Positions 28,691-45,140 of a DNA stretch of 64,000 nucleotides are shown piece after piece. The position numbers were made by a program, and so were the translations under genes. The stretch's first letter is position 1; the number at the start of each line of letters is the position of its first letter. Source of the DNA: the human T2T-CHM13v2.0 reference genome, Homo sapiens. The stretch lies in NCBI RefSeq assembly GCF_009914755.1, contig NC_060934.1; one strand, written 5' to 3'. The notes beneath the pieces were generated by a model that was not told where the DNA came from, did no database searches, and worked only from the letters and a program-made list of their open reading frames with translations.

Positions 28691-29621
28691 AAAGGAATGG
28701 AAATTCCATTTCCTATATATTTCATATCACTGGTAACTCCATTACTTTTAAGTCAGGTAAATAGGGAATGCAAAATTATTTTGCTTTGTAATCTCTTAAA
28801 AATTAAAATATATGAAGTTTAAAGATATGAAAGAATTTAATAATTTGTGTCTCATAATATTTTAAATCATAAGCCAGAAAACCTAGAAAATTGAATGATA
28901 TTATAACATTTTCTTTGTGTATATACATGATAACTATTTTCTCTTTAGACATAGTAACCTCGTATTTAAAAATAATTTGCAGGTTTCAAAGTGTATTATA
29001 TTATTTGGTTGTTGTTAGCTATAATTGCTTTCTTCCAAAGGCAAATCCCAGCCTCTCCTACTCACACCAACGTATAGCTTAGTCCTAGAAGGGCATTTTT
29101 ATTTATTTATTTATTAGAGGGTTTTAAAATAGAATAGTATTATTTCTTTCTTAGCTACTTATATTGATTGATATTATATATCTGCTCCTCTTTTGTTTCA
29201 TGTGCATGTATTTTTTCACATATTTTTAGAAGCTTTTAAATATTTTACACATAATTTTAAACAATATATCTATTATCCATTTCTTTAGAAAAAAATCAGT
29301 AAATTTCTATCCAAGAAAAATAATAGAATTAGCATATTTCCATATTTTTCTCATAAGATTATTTCCCATGCGCTAACCAAATTTAAAATTTTCGATTCCA
29401 TTTTAGCATATTCTTGCCTTGTTATATAAATATTTAAATACTGTTAAACATATTAATTTATTGTGTTTTCATCATATTCAAATGAAATAAATTAGTGTTT
29501 AGATTATAACTACTTTCTTCTGTCTCCTTGCTAATTTTTGTTATTCATGCAATTTCTTCACACATGAAATATATTCTAGGACCATATTCTCTATACTCAG
29601 AAAATATTTTCTATTCAGGAA

Positions 29622-29870
29622 AGCACTCACTGAAACATATCTTTGAATTAAGATCTGAAGGAGAAGGTTACTCACTAGGCCATTGGGAAGGTTGTGGTAG
29701 GACAGTATGGAGCACAGGAGGAATTATAGGCCAAGAAGAGTAGGATCCTCACTGAGGAACCATGAGCGGTAGAGTGACTATGGGAATGCCAATATAAATG
29801 GAAGGTCAGTGGTTTGGGGATGGCTAGGAGACTGGGGAGGGTGTGCAATGGGGCAATAGCAATGAAGCTC
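29622..29870. repeat. Diverged direct copy of 28161-28408
   Basis: Collinear alignment over ~250 bp, e.g. 'actcactaggcca', 'aggttgtggt', 'gtagagtgact', 'gagggtgtgcaa'. Confidence 0.9.
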
Positions 29871-30229
29871 TCCAATTCCTTCAGATAAATGGATTCTTCA
29901 TTCTTCCATTTTGGAGGGCATAGAATCCCTTACAATATTTTCTTCAGGATGGGCTCGTGAGAACAATATCCTCTGCATTCATAGATATAAATAATTACTT
30001 GTTTAGCATTTAGATTTCATTGATTTGTTGTTTCATTTTGAAATTCTTGATTAACTATTTTCTTCAAAATTCACAGGAAAATCCAAAGTTTTTTATTGTT
30101 GAATACCACCAAAAGAACGAATGAAACAAGCGTGACTTTTTCCTCTACTAGGTGACTTAATATTTTCTCTTCTGCCTTTGATTTTCAAAAATTTTGTTAC
30201 AAATAGCTTTGTTATCCATTCAGTTTAAA

Positions 30230-30640
30230 TAGTAAATTGATTTTTGACACATATGAATTGTTTATATTTATGGCATCCAACATATTATTTTTATATCTGT
30301 ATATATTGTGAAGTAATCACTGAAATTAACATATTCATCACCTCATATACTTACTATTTTAAAATTTTTGTGGTGAAATCATTTAGTTTAAATCTCCACT
30401 TTCACTTTCTGTGTACTTTTTAAAACTTTATAATATGTATAACTTCAAATATACACAAAAGAAGAGAAATAATACAATGAATTTCATGTACCCACCACTC
30501 AGTTTCAAAAATTATCAACTTGTAACCAATTTTATTTCCTACATAGCTCAGCTAACTTCTCTGCTTAATTCAATTTTCTTCTGAAGCAAGTCTTAAACAT
30601 TGTATTACAAATAATTCAGCCTGATTCTCTAAAAGACACT
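30230..30640 (-). mobile_element. L1MA and L1MC-type 3' fragments
   Basis: 'attaacatattcatcacctcatatactta'; 'catgtacccaccactcagtttcaaaaattatcaac'. Confidence 0.6.
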
Positions 30641-31491
30641 TTGGTTGGCTGCTCATATTAACAGTTTTTGGTGCAAAGCTAGTACTCAATCAAAAGCAAT
30701 GTTCTGCAATTTTTTACTTTACCATATTTATTGAAATTTAAAAGTCGGTATTAAGTATTTGAATATTTAAGTGAAATATTGATAGTGATAACAAATGACA
30801 ATTACGGTGAATGTCAAAAATATATGTAAGTATGTGAATTCGATATTTTCATAGAATTTTAATTTTTCTCTGAATCTTATGTTCTTAGAAAGATTTGAAA
30901 TGTTCTTAAACACTATCAGATTTACCCTTTAAAAGTATACAAATCTATGGCCTGTAGTATATTCAGAGTTGTGCAGCCATCATCACTAATTTTACAACGT
31001 TATATTCACCCTAATAGAAACCCCATACTCTTTAGCAGTCTCTCATTTCTTTCCAGATTCCCCATCCTATAGCTTTCTCTCTGTAGATTTTCCAATTCTG
31101 AACATTCCAGATAAATAAAATCATATAATATTTAGTCTTTTGATACTGGATTCTTTTACTTAACATGTTTTCAAGGTTCATACATGTTGCAACCTGTATC
31201 AGGCAAAATTTTGCTGAATAATATTCTACTGTATGAATATACCACATTAAAAAAATCCACTCATCAATTGATGCACACTTGTGTTCTTTCTACATTTTGG
31301 TTATGATGAATAATGTTGCTATGACCATATTGGTCAATTTCAGCAGTTTGTGTTTTTCTAGGAATTTTTCTATTTTATTTAGATTATTTAATTTGTTGGA
31401 GTATAGTTGCACCCTTTCGGAATTTTACAAATCTGCAATATTGTTAGTTACTCCTAATTTTAGTAAGTTGAAATCTCACTCTCTCTGTCTC

Positions 31492-31506
31492 TGTGTGCAT
31501 GTATGT

Positions 31507-31556
<50 letters not shown>
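31492..31556. repeat. (TG)n microsatellite
   Basis: Direct reading. Confidence 0.97.
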
Positions 31557-31558
<2 letters not shown>

Positions 31559-31946
31559 ATTTGTCTATCAACGGTTTAACAATTTTGTTGATCTTTTCAA
31601 AGAACTAACTTTTGGTTTCATTGATTTTCCCTATTGTTTTTCTAGTCTCAATTTTGTTTCCTCTATAATCTGTATTTTTCCTCACTTCTCCTTGCCGTGG
31701 GTTTAGTTTTCCTTATTTTTTAGTTTCTTAAAGTAGAAAGTTGTTAATTTTAGAATGTTGCTCTTTTTAAACATATTGGCATTTACTGCTATAAAATTTC
31801 TCTCTGAGCACTTCTTTAGATTCTTGCCATAAGTTTTGATATATTGTGGGGACTTTTTATTTATCTCAAAAAATTTTCTGATTTCCCTTGTAATTTCTTA
31901 TTTAACCAATTGGTTATTTAGGACTGTGCTGTTTAGTTTTCAAATG

Positions 31947-32097
31947 CAGATGTTCCACTACTTAAGATACATTACCTCTTGATAAACCCATTGTAATATG
32001 AAAATGTTATAAGTTGAAAATGTATTCAGCACTCTGGTAAACCCATCATAAAGTCTAAAAATTGTAGGTGGAGCCATCATAAGTTGGGGACAATTTG
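31947..32097. mobile_element. MER47-like TcMar-Tigger MITE
   Basis: 'cagatgttccactacttaagat...gataaaacccattgtaa...ccatcataagttggggacaatttg' with decayed TIRs. Confidence 0.65.
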
Positions 32098-32983
32098 TAT
32101 TTGAATTGCCCAATTTTCCTTCTGCTATTAATTTCTATTGTAATTCCATTGTGGTCAGAGAACATACTTTGTATAATCTTATATTTTTTAAAAGCCTCAA
32201 TAAATTAACAAATATAAAATTATACAAAATGTGTCTATCTTGGAGAATTTTCCATGTGCAGTTAAGAATGTGTATTTCTGTTTTTGTTGAGTGGAGTGTT
32301 CTGTACGTGTATTAGATCTAGTTTTTTTTGAATCTTTATTTACTTGCTAATCTTCTGCTTAGTTTGTTCTATAAAATCACAGTCTTTTAAAACCCTACTG
32401 AAAATTCTCAGTAAACCAAAATTAATTATACTAAAGCCATACAACATTTGTACAAAAAATTATACCTTAAGAACAGAGAAGTAGCCAGAAATCAAAAATA
32501 AATATGAAATTACTGAAAAGGATACATGAAAAGGATACATAAAAAGAATGTAATTCTAGGTGAATATGTTACTATACCCATTTTATTTCCAGAGAATGTC
32601 AAAGTTATAAAATAAATACTGTTCCATTTGTAGCTGATAATCAAGAAAATGTCAGATTACCTACATGTTTTGCTTTCTGTCCTTCTCAGCAGTTGTCTGA
32701 GAGTGCCATCAATACAGAATTTTTTTTTTACTTTGCCTTATAAAGTAACATGCATTACTTAAAGCAGTTTTCAAAGTAGAACAATAGCTCCAAATTTGAA
32801 TTTTAAAAACTTAGGTTGGTACTGCTTATTAAACATTGTTTTAAGCTGCAGTCTTAAGCTGTCTCAAGCTAGGTTTACCTTCAACTAAATTATTATTAAT
32901 TATCTGCCCTAATAACTTTATGATGTTGATTTCATAATCAAGATTTTTGAATTAATCAGAAGGTAATCACCAAAGTGAATTCA

Positions 32984-32984
<1 letters not shown>

Positions 32985-33016
<32 letters not shown>
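32985..33016. repeat. (TG)n(TA)n microsatellite
   Basis: Direct reading. Confidence 0.95.
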
Positions 33017-34339
33017 AATTTCGAGGAAAAATAAAGTCAAACAATATGGTCATACTGACAACAGTTGACATCTTTTGAGGCTCACGATCTTTTGGGGCCA
33101 TTAAGTGAGTGTCTGGCATTTGATAAAACACTAAATCTTGATTTAATTGTGGCAGGAACATTTTCTTAAGCTGAAGGGTTTTGACAAGAGAAATGTCACC
33201 AAGAAGATTTTCTGTCTATAAGGTTTTATCTCAGATTTAGGTGACAGGTAAACCATTCACATATTCTCTGCCTTAAAATGATCATTTTTTATCTGATCTT
33301 CCACATCTACATAATTACATTTATGGAATATTAAATCATAATATTGGCAATGATAACTTCATCCCTAGTTCATGCAAAACATACTCAGGAATTCTACATA
33401 GTGCTCGTATAAATCAGTTAATCACTATCTCTATTACAAGGCTCATTAACAACAAAACTAGAGAATTGTAGCAGTATTGTTTATTTACATAGGTAGTCAA
33501 TCATTACTTATTAACACACACATACAAGGACAACAGTGGGAGATGGAAATAGCTGATCATGGACAAGATCAGGAAGCTATGTCTTGCCATCCCAAACATT
33601 TATATGAACTTTCTCTTATGGGAAATGTAGGTGCAATGAAGGGATTTAATTGAATATATTTTATTTAAAAAGTTTATGAAGTCTGAAATATGGATTAATA
33701 AACAGATTGATGAAGTAAGACTAGAGAAAGAAAGACTGGTTAGGAGAATGATGGAGTAATACAAAACTAATTTTAAAAAGAGATCATTTTATTCACTAGT
33801 ATTTTAGCAATGTAGGAAGTGGAATGGATGGGAGGTTGGGTGGTTGATTTCTACATGGGAAGATGGGAATGAAGTCACTATAATGTGACATATTTTCCAC
33901 TTTTTTTTAACCTCTTAAGGTTCTTTCATATCCCATTTCTCTTTCTCCATGAAAGCTGACTTTTTGAAGAAAGTTTTTCCATTGCTACAGTCCTGTACCT
34001 ACAATAATCCTCTTTTCATGTATGAATGAATACAGGTGTCAAGGTTTAGATGAAGGACTATATAAACAAATATTTTATCTGGTTATCATGTGTTCTCTAA
34101 TTTATTTTACAGTCAATGTTACAATAAATTTTGATGTTTCTTAATAAATGGATTGGCCAAGTCATAATTTGGGCATTTCTTAATTCCTTTTCCTTAGTAA
34201 GTTACAGCATAATTTGACTTCATTTTTTTAACATATGGCACAATGAACAGATAATCATTCTTATGTATGTGTCTATGTGTGTTTCACCAGAAAAGATTGT
34301 GCAGGGATTGGGGGGATGAGAAAGGGGGCATTGAGTTTC

Positions 34340-34565
34340 ATAGTACTTAAAAGCGCATGCTTCCTGAGTTTGAATGCTAGTTTCATATTTTACTAACTCT
34401 GACTTTAAAGCAAGTTCTTTAGTCTTTCCGTACAGTAATTCTGTCATCTCAAAAAGACATAATACTAGTATCTGCAGAATTTTGTTATGAAGGTTAAATT
34501 TTTTAACTAAATTAACTACACTAAACTAGCTAAATTAAATTAGTTAATATTTATGAAATACTTTA
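34340..34565 (+). mobile_element. MIR
   Basis: 'cctgagtttgaatgctag...tactaactctgactttaaagcaagttctt'. Confidence 0.65.
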
Positions 34566-35879
34566 AAAGTTTTTAATTGCTATTTAAATAATTTTTAAGT
34601 AAAAGTGGAAAGGGCTCTTGGATTCTTTTTCTAGCTGTATTGTGGAACAGATAAGCATCTGCCAAAAAAAAAAGCTGAGTAAAAGGAAAAAGAAAACATT
34701 TAACTATAAGTCATTGGCATAAAATTAATAATGTTCAGGAACTAAAACTAAATGAAAAAAGAAAATCTGAGACTAAACAAAGAATTAATGGTGGTTTTCA
34801 CCAGCCCTGATGACCATGAACTTTATTCATGACCTCTTAAAGCATGAAGAACTGGAGAAAAAACCTAGAGAAATAATCAAAATGGGAAGTTTAAAAGAAG
34901 ACCACTACTAACACAAATGATAATGAATCAAATACTCTCATTAAAAAGCAGAGTATGAGGCAAGATGAAAACCCATAAGGCAGTTATTTGTTATTTATAA
35001 GAAACATTTAAAATAAAAAGGCAAGAAAGGTTAAAAGTAAAAGGATGTAAAAATATGCTAATCAGAAGGTAACAACAATATTATCTAAATAAAGGGGTTT
35101 ATTATAAATTGTTAAAAAGGTCACTGGGTTCAGAAGCAAACAATTGCAAACGTACTTGCACATCATGACATATGATAAAACATATAAAGTAAATATTATC
35201 AGAACTACAAGGAGAAACTGGCAAATTCACAATAAGAGTGGGTAAATTAATGTATCTATCTATTTTCATATTTACATATCTCCATTGGGATGTAAACTTC
35301 ATAAAGTAGATATTTCTTGTTTTACAGCTTGTGTGTATACTGTATTTAGAACGGTGTCAGGTTTCAGATAGATATTCAGAATATATCTCTTGCATTGATG
35401 AAATAATTTTTTTTACCAGCAAGGAAAAATCTGTTGGGAAGGAAAGCAGCAGGACTGGACGATTTAAGTAAGTTTTAAGAACTGTCAAGGAGGAACAAAA
35501 TTTAAATTTAATTTAAAAACTATTCTATAAGATAACAAAAGATTATAAAAATATTCTATATTGTATATACATATATTCCATATATTACTGAAAAGAAAAC
35601 TTCTTAACTTACACAATTTGAAGAATTGAGGAGTATTTTCTAATGCACCAATTGAGACAAGAACATAATATAAAAGAAACGAGTCATGCTCATAAAGACT
35701 ATATTACTACCTTAATAGAAAGAAGCATGCACTTAAATATAACATTTCAAAAATACTCATCAAAATTAAAAACAGGGAACTTCCTTGAACTAGTATAGGC
35801 TATATTTTTTAAAATATTTTTTAAAATGTTGAAATGTTAAAACTATTTTATTTGTGGTACTTAAATCCATATCACTAAC

Positions 35880-36950
35880 CATGTAACCCCCCCATTCCAC
35901 TAACAGTATTCAAGGTAAATGACCTAAGCATATCAATTAAAAGGCAGAGATTCTCAAATAGAAAAGCAGGTCTTTACTATATGCTGCCAACAACAAAGAC
36001 AAAAAGTTCTTACACAAAATGACATAAATGAGTCAAAAGATGGAAACACAAATAAAAAACACTAATAAAAATAAAGGCGGAATGGCTCTGTGTATATCAA
36101 AAAATTTCATTATAAAACATATTACCAGGAATGAAGAGATACATTTCATAAAGTGATCAGTATAAGAGGACAGAACTTCAGAATTCATGAAATAAAAGCT
36201 AGTAGAAGTGAAATAAAAAATAGAAAAATTTACAATTCTGTTTGGAGATTTCAATACCCGTCTCTCATTAGCTGATAAAGCAAGTAGACAGAAAATCAGT
36301 AAAAATATCTAAAATAATACAACACTGTCAACCAACTTGACCTAACTGCCATTTGCAGAAAATTCTACTATAATAAAGAAAATTTATTTTCTTTTAACTG
36401 TAAACAGAACATTTACCAAGATAGACTGTACTTAGACACATAGTAACTTTTCAAAGATTGAAATCATACACAGTATGTTCTCTGATTATAACAGAATTAA
36501 ATTGAAAACCAATAAAGATATCTGGAAAGTTCCCAAATAATTTAAAATTATATAAATAAAAAACTTATAAATAACATATTGGTCAATGAATAAGTCAAAA
36601 GGGAATTTATAAAACATTGTGAACTGAATGTAATGAAAACACAACATATCAAAATTTGTGGAATGCAGCTAAAACAGCGCTTAAAAGGAAATTCATAGCA
36701 TTAGACACTTATATTAGAAAAGAAGAACTTTCTGAAATAAATGACCTAAGCTTCCACCTTAAAAAATTAGCAAAAAAGCAAATTAAACTCAAAATAAGTA
36801 GAAGAAAGGAAATAATGTAATAAAATCAGAAATTGGCGAAATTTTAAAAATGCAGCAAAAAAATCACTGACATCAAAACTAATTATTTGAATAAATCAGT
36901 TTAATTGAAAATCATCCATCCGGACTATTTAGGGAAATAAAATGGAAAAC
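35880..36950 (+). mobile_element. L1M ORF2 endonuclease-region fragment
   Basis: 'ggagatttcaatacccgtctctca', 'gaaatcatacacagtatgttctctgattataac', 'caaaatttgtggaatgcagctaaa'. Confidence 0.85.
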
Positions 36951-37172
36951 TAAAAATGCTCATAACTGTAATGACTAATATTTTAAATGGGTCAATTATT
37001 TCAAAATGGATTTATATCTTTAATAAAACACTAATTCAAATTCATTATTTTTTTGGTGTGTATCTTTGTTAGCTGTTTCTAAAATGTATATAAAATTGTC
37101 AGGGAACAAATGAACCAATGTGGGAGGTTATCAAGAGTTATTGGAGGAAAGACAGATAGCTATAAAAATGAG

Positions 37173-37284
37173 GGCACAAATATTCGGGACTTCCTGAGTC
37201 TGTGTCATGTGTCATGGTCCTCACGTTTGGTTCAGAATAAATGTCTTCAAATATTTTACAGAGTTTGGCTTTTTTTGGTCAATA
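37173..37284 (+). mobile_element. MER4-group 5' LTR, only the 3' ~110 bp retained
   Basis: Matches 42693-42771 of the 3' LTR; followed by PBS-like TGGTGCCCAA at 37290. Confidence 0.8.
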
Positions 37285-38156
37285 TTGATTGGTGCCCAAT
37301 GCCTGGCCTCAGAGAAAACTCAGGACCTCCTAAAAAGTCACCCTAAATCAGGACTGAGGTACTGACCTGGGCCCATTGAAAGCTCCCCAACTTCAATCAT
37401 CTCCTTGGATGAAACTAGTAACTCCTCCTGAGCTCTGGACTTTTCGCTTAGTTGATGGTCCTCTGGTTTATTCTGAGCTGGTTCTCTTCCAGCAAGTTGT
37501 TGCTTAGCATCCTAATTTTGGTTCAGAGGTACATTTTAAAGAGTCTTCTTCATTGCCTTTTTCTCCCAAAATAAATCTCAATTGGCTCGTCTGTACATTT
37601 GCTTGAGAAACCAAGCTGTCACTTGTGTAAATGAATCAGAGACTGACATTCTCAGTGCCACTACAGTGAAACCCAGACTACATTTCAGTTTCTCCCTTAA
37701 GGAAAGAAGTGGGAAACAAATCATCTATGAATGAGGAAAGACGAGGAGAACGACTCTCTTAAAGGCCCCCTGTTTGGTTTGCTGGCATCTCTCCTTGCAA
37801 GTGTTCATGTAAACAGGAGAGTTCCAGGGCATGCCAGGTTTTCTAGTACTCCAACTGGTTACATATTACGGTTTGTTCTTGTGTACAGTTAAACTGATTG
37901 GCAAATTACATCAAGAAAAATTCAGAGATCAAAAGTCAACCTGCAATTATGGAGTTCCTAACGTCTCTATTTCTCTATTTTGTTTTCTGCCTGCTTTAAA
38001 TCTGCTGTTACTTTTCTACTGGTGTTGAGAGAAAAACCACTATTTGTATCCAACTATGTTTTTGTTGTTGTTTTAAACTAGTGAGTTTGTATAGATATCT
38101 CGTAGGATAGAGTTCTGAAGTAAAAGCTGTAGAATCTTTGTTTGTATATGTGTCAA

Positions 38157-38205
38157 TGTGTGTTTATATGTGTTTATGTGTGTTTATATGTGTTTATGTG
38201 TGTGT
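38157..38205. repeat. 10-bp repeat (tgtgtttata/tgtgtttatg)n
   Basis: Direct reading. Confidence 0.85.
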
Positions 38206-38253
38206 ACCTATATTTTATTATGTGTTGTAGCTACAAGGAAGTAAATTGGATTA

Positions 38254-38583
<330 letters not shown>

Positions 38584-39510
38584 TTAAGTAAATAAGCCCA
38601 AATGCTTTTCAAATTCATGTGACTTAAATAAACCTTTAATAAAGAATCTGGCTTTAAGATTATTGGTAAAATAAAATTAGAAATATCTTCGGAATTATCA
38701 GTATTTATGTTTGTTTAGATTTATTGCTCAAGTGGTTTTATATTTATGTGTGCTAGATATTATAAAGTGTCAAATTTGGCATGAAGGTTATAAAGCTATA
38801 AACCCAGCTCAAAACAGAATTATGTTTGTGCAATTTTTGATAAATAAAATATTTAATATTGTTTGTTTAATGAGAACTAAATCTTGAGTTATAGAAAGAG
38901 ATAATTAAAAAAAAAACCTGTTTAACGATAAGGTTCTTGCTTAGGTAAACACCTGATAGACACAGGCTATAAAAGTGGTTAACAGGGAAATAATTTTATT
39001 TTTTTCTTTATATTCTTGGCTTTATTTATTTATCTATTATTGAGATGTCCACTTTAAATTATGTGGGCATTTAATACAATGAGAATTAGCATGTTTAACA
39101 GCACTGATTCTTTTAAATTTCCTAGCTGAAATTGTATACAAGGAATATACTTCCTCCTTTCAATAAAAGCATTTATTTAAATTGATATTTTGAACTCTTT
39201 TGTAGAAACAAAGTCATGTCCATGTGGCTCTTACCATCCCAGAAGAGCATCGATGTGGAGGATGGAGCTTGTTGGTGCTCGCATGTCACCTTCATGGCAG
39301 GACACAAAAACAGAAGGCAACTTTTCTTCTAATTCAACACCACTAAGCTATTGGACTTACATTAGAAAATAATTATTGAATCTCTATCAATTTGTGTTAT
39401 GAATTTGAGTATTCCATTTGAATGTCTTTTCTAAGCTCCCCTTTTTGGTACCTTGATATAGCAAACATCTTCAGCATGAAGAAGAAAGGAAAATCTAGAT
39501 AAAGCTTTGG

Positions 39511-39853
<343 letters not shown>

Positions 39854-39926
39854 TCAAGTAGATCAAATAAAATAATATCTATATAAATGTGCTTTAGTAA
39901 ACTTTAATTGTAATTTATTCATTTAC

Positions 39927-40459
39927 TTTTCTTTTTTTTTTTTTTTCAGTTTTTAGATTCAGGGGGTACCTGTGCAGGTTTGTTACATGGGTATATTGTG
40001 TGATGCTGAGGTTTTCATTACAAATAATCTCATCACCCGGGTACTGAGCATAGTACCTAATAGTGTTTCAAACCTTGCCTCCCTTCCTTCCTGTTCTAGT
40101 ATTCTCCAGTGTCTATTGTCACCATCTTTATGTCCATGAGTATCTAATGGTTAGCTTTCACTTATGAGTGAGAACATGTGATATTTGGTTTTCTGTTGCT
40201 GCATTAATTTGCTTAGGATAATGGCCTCCAGCTGCGTTTATGTTTTTGTTCTTTTTTATGGCTGCAAAGGACATGATTTTGTTCTTTTTTATGGCTATGT
40301 AGTATTCCATGGTATATATGTATCATACTTTCTTTATCCAATCCATTATTGATGGGCACCTAGGTTTATTCCATGTCTTTGTTATTATGAATAGTGCTGA
40401 GATAAACATACGAGTGCATGAATCTTTTTATTATGATGATATGTTCCTTTGGGTGTATA
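39927..40459 (-). mobile_element. L1PA (older, PA15/16-like) 3' end, 5'-truncated
   Basis: Poly-T then 'ttagattcagggggtacctgtgcaggtttgttacatgggtatattgtgtgatgctgagg'. Confidence 0.88.
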
Positions 40460-41910
40460 GATCTTTCTTGGAGTTTCCCAGTAAGTCACAAACCCCAGTA
40501 GCACCACCTCATCAATTGAGAGACTTCCTCCAGCTCCATTAAATAAGGTCTTTATCAAATATTGTTAAGTAATCATTGTGCTGTTAAGTGGCATGGTTTT
40601 GACTCCTGGGTACACTAATGTCATCTAAAAGGGGGCACTGACTCCCACTGAATCTTAAACATCAATGCTAATACCTGGCACCAAACTCAAGTTAACCAAA
40701 GCCTCGCCTGCATACCTGGGAAAACATAACAGTCAAAATAAACTGCTTTCATAGGATACTGAACCAGGCCTGTATACAAAGACATAAATACTTATTTAAT
40801 AATTTTTCTTCTTTCTAATATAATTTATTTTATGCCTTAATACTAGATAATTTAAATAATTATATTAAATGTTTAAATGTTTTAATTTAAATGTTTAACT
40901 ACCTGTGAGTTTCCTTTACTTGTCATAGAGTTAGGCAGGGCTTTATGTCCTTGCTGTTTACAATGATGTTAATTCTATATGTAGCTTACAAAATTGAGTG
41001 AAACAACGAAGATTATCTTTTTCTATCTGATATCTCCAAATTTAAAAACTATTTAAAATCCCACAGGGTCTGATCTGTTTTCATTGCTGATGCCTCACTG
41101 GAAAACTATACAAGCACCTTTCCTCTAGGCCCAGGGGCTATCACGGAAGACGTGGGCATGTGAGACTGAAAGGGCTGATTTTGAGAGATAGAATTAGTTT
41201 AAATCCTCCAAATCAATGATGGGAACACAAATGCCTAAATAGCTGGCAAAATAAGGAACTTTGGCTCTTGGGCCTTTATGTGATCCCTTTTCAACCACCC
41301 CAACCTTAAAGAATTTCCTGCTTCATGTAGAATTAAAAGAAAATTAATGAGAGGATATCAAGATACTGGTAACAAAGCCTCCTGGGTATAGAGCTCCCCG
41401 TTGTGAGATTTATGCAGATATGTGTATAACCTTTTTTTTTTTTTTTTAAATCAGCCACCTTAGGACAAATTACTAAAAAGACTGCAAAAAGGATTATAAC
41501 AAAACAAAAGTCTCTAAATTCCTTTCCATAAAAGGTTTTAACAAAATGTTTATGTTTTGTATAGCTAATTGCTACAACTCTGTAACTAAAACCAAGATTA
41601 TAGTAGCTCCAGGCATAGAAGTTAAGATAAGTCAATTCTGTAACCTTGTCTTTGGCCTTTGGCTTTTGGCTTTTGTATTACTTAAAGAAGTTTAAGGGTT
41701 GATGAATGCCTGTCCATGTCCATTTCCATCTGGCCTAGAATATTTAAATTGGCTATAAGTCTTTTGGCTCTAAGTCCATGATACAGGGGTCCCATCCTGA
41801 GGGACAGGGTGGACCTGGGGCAGGCAGCCGTACCATCCTGGGAATGCTATGGGACAAAATACAAGTTTAGATATTGCTATTCTGGCAAATCTTGGCCAGA
41901 ACGAGCAGAA

Positions 41911-43075
<1,165 letters not shown>

Positions 43076-43421
43076 CAAATTCTCTTTTTTAATGGAAAGA
43101 ATAGGGTGTCAATAACAAAGAGTCTACATATAGGGATTCTTTATTACAATTAGGGTACTATAGAAAGTGGAAAAATGATAACACTTTAATAAATAATGTG
43201 CTGGGGCAATGAATATTCATATCCAAAAATTAACATGTGACTTTTACCTTACATTGAACAAAAAAATTTATCCCAAATGGAGTGTAGATGTAAATTTCAA
43301 AGCAAATATAATAGTTCTAGAAGAGAACATAGGAGACTATGTTTATGACTCCTATAGTTAAAACATGTATTAAAAAGGAAATAAATCATGGCTACTATAA
43401 AGACTGATAAATCAGAGTAGG

Positions 43422-43799
43422 TGATATGGTTTGGCTGTGTGTCTCCACCCAAATCTCATCTTGAATTGTAATCCCCATAACCCCCATGCGTCGAGAGAGG
43501 AACCTGGTGGGGGATGATTGGATCATGGGGGCAGTTTCCTCCATACTGTTCTTGTGATAGTGAGTGAGTTCTCATGAGATCTGGTGGGTTTTATGAGTGT
43601 TTGGCAGTTTCTCCTCCATGTGCTCTGTCTCTCCTGCTGCCATGTAAGATGTGTCTGCTTCCCCTTCCACCATGATTGTAAGTTTCCTGACCCCCCCACC
43701 TCCAGTCATATGGAGCTGTGAGTCAATTAAATCTCTTTTCTTTATGCAGCATCCAGTCTCGGGCAGTTCTTTATAGCAGTGTGAGAAAAGACTAATACA
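43422..43799 (+). mobile_element. THE1D/MSTA-like solo LTR
   Basis: tgatatggtttggctg...actaataca; TSD gtagg/ctagg. Confidence 0.92.
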
Positions 43800-44784
43800 C
43801 TAGGATAAAATTAAGAACTTCAAAAGATTTCATTAGAAGGGTGGAAAGAAAACAAGATAGTGAAGAAAAAGGTATTTTCTAGACATAAATAAAAAATATT
43901 AAAAAAACACAAATTAATACAAAAATGACAAATGGGATGGAGTTTTAAAAATCTAATTTATATAGGAAGATATTTATAGCTAATAAATCAGATAAAACTA
44001 AGTAGTGTAAGGAAATGGCAAATTAAAATCACATTAGATATCATTAGTCACATATAAGCATGACTACAATTACAACGGCTGACTGAGCCAAGTATTGGTG
44101 AATAAGTGGAGCACATACCAGTTCACCGTTGGTAGGAATATAAATTGGTAAAACCACTTTGAAGAAAATATTTGGAAAATTATCTTATGCTGAATGTATA
44201 TTTGCACTTCTATGACCAGCACTTCTAATTTCAGGAATATACCCAACAGAAATGTGTCTATGAAGACACACGTATGAACGCTTATAGAAGCACTATTCAT
44301 AATAGTAAAAAAGTGAAAATAATCTAAATGAATGAAATAGTAGAATGGATAAGCACACTGTACTACACCCATACACACAGTATGTATTATTCAGCAATGA
44401 AACTGAACTATAGCTAATTAATAGCATAACCTATCTTACATATGATTTAAGCAAGAATAGCTGGCAACAACATCACACAAATTATATGACACCTGTTATT
44501 TAAAATTTAAAATCAATATTCTAACTAAACAAAACAAGAGTAATTATTAATGAGTCTTTAAATGATAAAACTGTAAGGAAAAGCAAAGGAATCATTACTA
44601 TAAAAGACAAGATACTAGTAATATTTTGGGAGGAGGTAGGAAAAATGGAGTGATTGGAAGAAGACCCAAGGAAGAATTGTCTTGTTTTTTGCAGTGTTTT
44701 GTATCTTGACTTAGGTTGGGGTACACTGGCACTTGTCTACATCACACTTTAAATTGTATATGCATAGTTTAATTAAAAAATTTG

Positions 44785-45140
<356 letters not shown>

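Larger units (their letters stand above)
30915..32380 (-). mobile_element. L1MB-type element with a large internal deletion; contains (TG)n and a MER47-like insertion
   Basis: 3' end 'agttgtgcagccatcatcacta'; ORF 31032-31247 'MWYIHTVEYYSA' is L1 ORF2 C-terminal-like. Confidence 0.85.
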
